From contig NC_068983.1 of assembly GCF_001194135.2 (NCBI RefSeq), positions 135,760,531 to 135,824,530 on the forward strand: 64,000 bases of DNA. The letters run 5' to 3'. The notes under the pieces are model-generated. The model made no database searches. It saw only the letters and a program-made list of their open reading frames with translations, and was not told where the DNA came from. This DNA is from Octopus bimaculoides. Lineage: Eukaryota. The position numbers and the translations under genes were made by a program. Positions 61,617 through 64,000 of this stretch are shown piece after piece (the stretch's first letter is position 1; each line of letters starts with the position of its first letter).

Positions 61617-61720
61617 GGACCATTTGTTGAAAAGTTGATTGAAGCTTTTGAAATGTTTTATAGTGATTCAATCCATGAAACGAAGGACTATGGACGCATC
61701 ATTCATAAAAAGCATTTCCA
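61617..61720 (+). CDS. ALDH3: ALDH3-like paralog B exon (104 nt)
   Basis: ttgcag|GGA...TTC CA|gtaatt. Translates GPFVEKLIEAFEMFYSDSIHETKDYGRIIHKKHF, containing the ALDH3 DYGRII motif. Confidence 0.93.
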
Positions 61721-62200
61721 GTAATTATGAAGCCAATATTATATTTTGTTGTTATTATTTTCTTTTCTTTTCTCCCCCTTCTTATTTTTTCTCCTTTGTT
61801 GTCATCTAAAATTCTTACTTTCTGCTTTTTATAATCATATAATAATTTTATTAACATTACAGAACTGGAAAAAATAGGTGGGATTGGCTGTCTGTCTTTT
61901 TCCATATGTCTCTCACCCACTTCCTCTCCTCTTTTCTCCCCTTCTCTCTCTCTCCCCCTCTACCCTCAGTTTCTATTTCCCCTTTTTTCTTCACTTTTTC
62001 TGAAATTACTATGTCATAAAAAAATGACATCTGTAGAAGTTGGGAGATATCTCTCACAGCAATGTTGTTAATTTAAGTGTAATCTAATTTACATAAGTGA
62101 ATAAACCAAAAACTCAAAATATTCAAGATTAAGTAAAGAAGCAATAAACTCTACATTACACATCGTCATTTTTGGATTCAAAACAATTATTCCATTCTAG

Positions 62201-62327
62201 ACATTTGAAGGAACTTCTGGAAAACCGAAAACCTGCATTTGGTGGGGAATTTTGTGAAGAAAGTCTACTGATAACTCCAACGATTCTGACTGATATCACT
62301 CCAGATGATCCTCTAATGCAAGAAGAG
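62201..62327 (+). CDS. ALDH3: ALDH3-like paralog B exon (127 nt); gene continues beyond the window
   Basis: ttctag|A CAT...GAG|gttagt. Translates HLKELLENRKPAFGGEFCEESLLITPTILTDITPDDPLMQEE. The expected next exon (IFGP) was not found before 64000. Confidence 0.93.
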
Positions 62328-62892
62328 GTTAGTATTAAACATTCACCTTTACTATGAAGTAACAACACTCTCTATACTATCACAGGCTATACTCTCACAT
62401 GTACTCACATATCGACCACTTACTCTCTGTAAAATGTTTGGCATTGGGAAAGGTTTTCAGCCTTAGAAACTATGCTGAAGTAGACACAGAAGCATGTCCA
62501 CTCCTTACCAGCATGGAAGCTGGATGTTAAATGATGATGGTGATAAGAATGTTAAATGTATCCCTGAGATATATTAGAATCACTGTTAATGATTGCTGCA
62601 TTCTCTAGCCTATACAATCATTGCAACAACACATTTCATGGAACATTAACAACACACTAGACTGATCCTGCAGCAATCTTTCAAGTTCACCCAATCTAAA
62701 AAGTACAAAATACATATGTATGCTTCATCATTGCAGTATAAAAACAAATGATTGTGCACCAGGTATAATTCTTGAGAGATAACTTGATTTTACTGTTTTT
62801 ATTTATTCCTGATCAGTTTTGCTTAATTTTATTACAGCTTTCATACAACTGGGTGAATTTACATCTGATTTTACCAAGAAGATATTTTTTGT

Positions 62893-63140
62893 GTGGAGGC
62901 AAGTGGCTTAGTGATTAGGCTGTTAGACTCATGATTGTAAAATTGTGGTTTCAATTCCTGGACTGGGTGATACACTGAGTTCTTGAGTAAAACACTTCAT
63001 TTCATATTGCTCCAGTCCACTCAACTGGCAAAAGTGAGTAATCCTGTGATGAACCAGCATCCCATCCAGATGGGGAATATATATGCCATGGAAACCAGGA
63101 AACCGGCCCTTATGAATCTATATGACTAGGGAAGGATCTT
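62893..63140 (+). mobile_element. tRNA-derived SINE family D
   Basis: ggaggcaagtggcttagtgattagg...ggtttcaattcctgg head and a core cctgtgatgaaccagcatcccatccag. A related fragment lies at about 43575-43640. Confidence 0.6.
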
Positions 63141-63669
63141 CATCCTTTTGTCCTAATAATATAATTAATTATTAAAAAGCTCATAAAACAAAACATATGT
63201 ACCACAGCTAATCACAAACTCAGTTAAGAATATATTACAAAACCACCAGAACGGTAAACCTTTTCATTAATATGAAACCCCAACCTAACAAACCAAAGAA
63301 CCTGTTTCAGAGAACCCATTTAGTATACAAATTCAAATTTAAACATGAAAATTGTAATCAGTTGTACTCAAACTGTTACAAGAGGCACAGAAGTGTGACT
63401 CTCTTTGCTAGCTGATCATGTATTCACTAGAAGCCTTCATAGCTTATCATCATGCAGTACACAAAATATAATTAGAAAAGCATACATTGACAGTGCAACA
63501 GTTTTATACAGAGTTCTACAGAAATAGGAATAATAACTATGGAAGTTTTAATAATAGCAAAATGCAAACTGAAAATCAACACACATGCATCACACATAAA
63601 ATAATCATGAATGTCACTATTGCATGATATTTTAATCAAACATTGATGATTTTATCAGTTACAACAGTA

Positions 63670-64000
63670 CTAGCTGACCCTGTGCTGTCAAAAATGATGG
63701 CTCTCGCTGACATACTACGACGAAATCTCCAAGATGCAGATAAGATAGAGATTTTTTATTTATTTACGGCCTCAAACATCTCATAATACCTTCGCGCTTT
63801 AGTTGCCCCCTATTATTTATCTTGTTTCTCTCCATGAAATTCAATTGAATTCAGTTGTTGTCTTAAATTCATGCTTATTCATTTTCTAAGCTTCCTAAAT
63901 TCATGCTACGTTATATTCTAATCACCCAGAATTCATTGCTCTTTTAAAAATTACGATTTATGCATTGTTGTCTCTCAAATATTTAAAATCTACAATTAAG
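63670..64000 (-). mobile_element. Helitron 3' terminus (same end as 2412), extending beyond the window
   Basis: + strand actagctgaccctgtgctgtcaaaaatgatggc versus actagctgactccgtgccgtcaaaaatgacgac at 2411. The extent of the body is not established. Confidence 0.55.

Overview
AT-rich, repeat-dense eukaryotic genomic DNA with six N-gaps. The SINE, LINE and microsatellite landscape looks like a coleoid cephalopod, probably Octopus (inference, not verified). Two intron-split class-3 aldehyde dehydrogenase (ALDH3/FALDH-like) paralogs lie head-to-head. Paralog A is on the minus strand (6 coding exons seen, 10922 down to <1). Paralog B is on the plus strand (8 coding exons seen, 45116 to 62327, continuing past the window). 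The five shared complete exons have identical lengths (144/96/136/86/164 nt) and phases, and the sixth starts in the same phase. Paralog B has a canonical active site ([23 protein letters not shown]). Paralog A keeps an intact frame, its splice sites and the catalytic Cys ([11 protein letters not shown]), but has three clustered changes around the nicotinamide pocket (FFAGS; TLQLSGK, i.e. T>A, E>Q, G>S). It is therefore a candidate pseudo-enzyme or altered-chemistry ALDH3. The rest of the window is transposon debris: CR1, RTE, R4/Dong and HERO LINEs, a Gypsy fragment, mariner/Tc1/Tigger, hAT and piggyBac MITEs, Helitrons and several tRNA-SINE families. There are also microsatellites, four long inverted repeats and a CpG-rich NRF1-motif promoter candidate between the two genes. 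The first coding exons and the 3' ends of both genes could not be fixed from this window.
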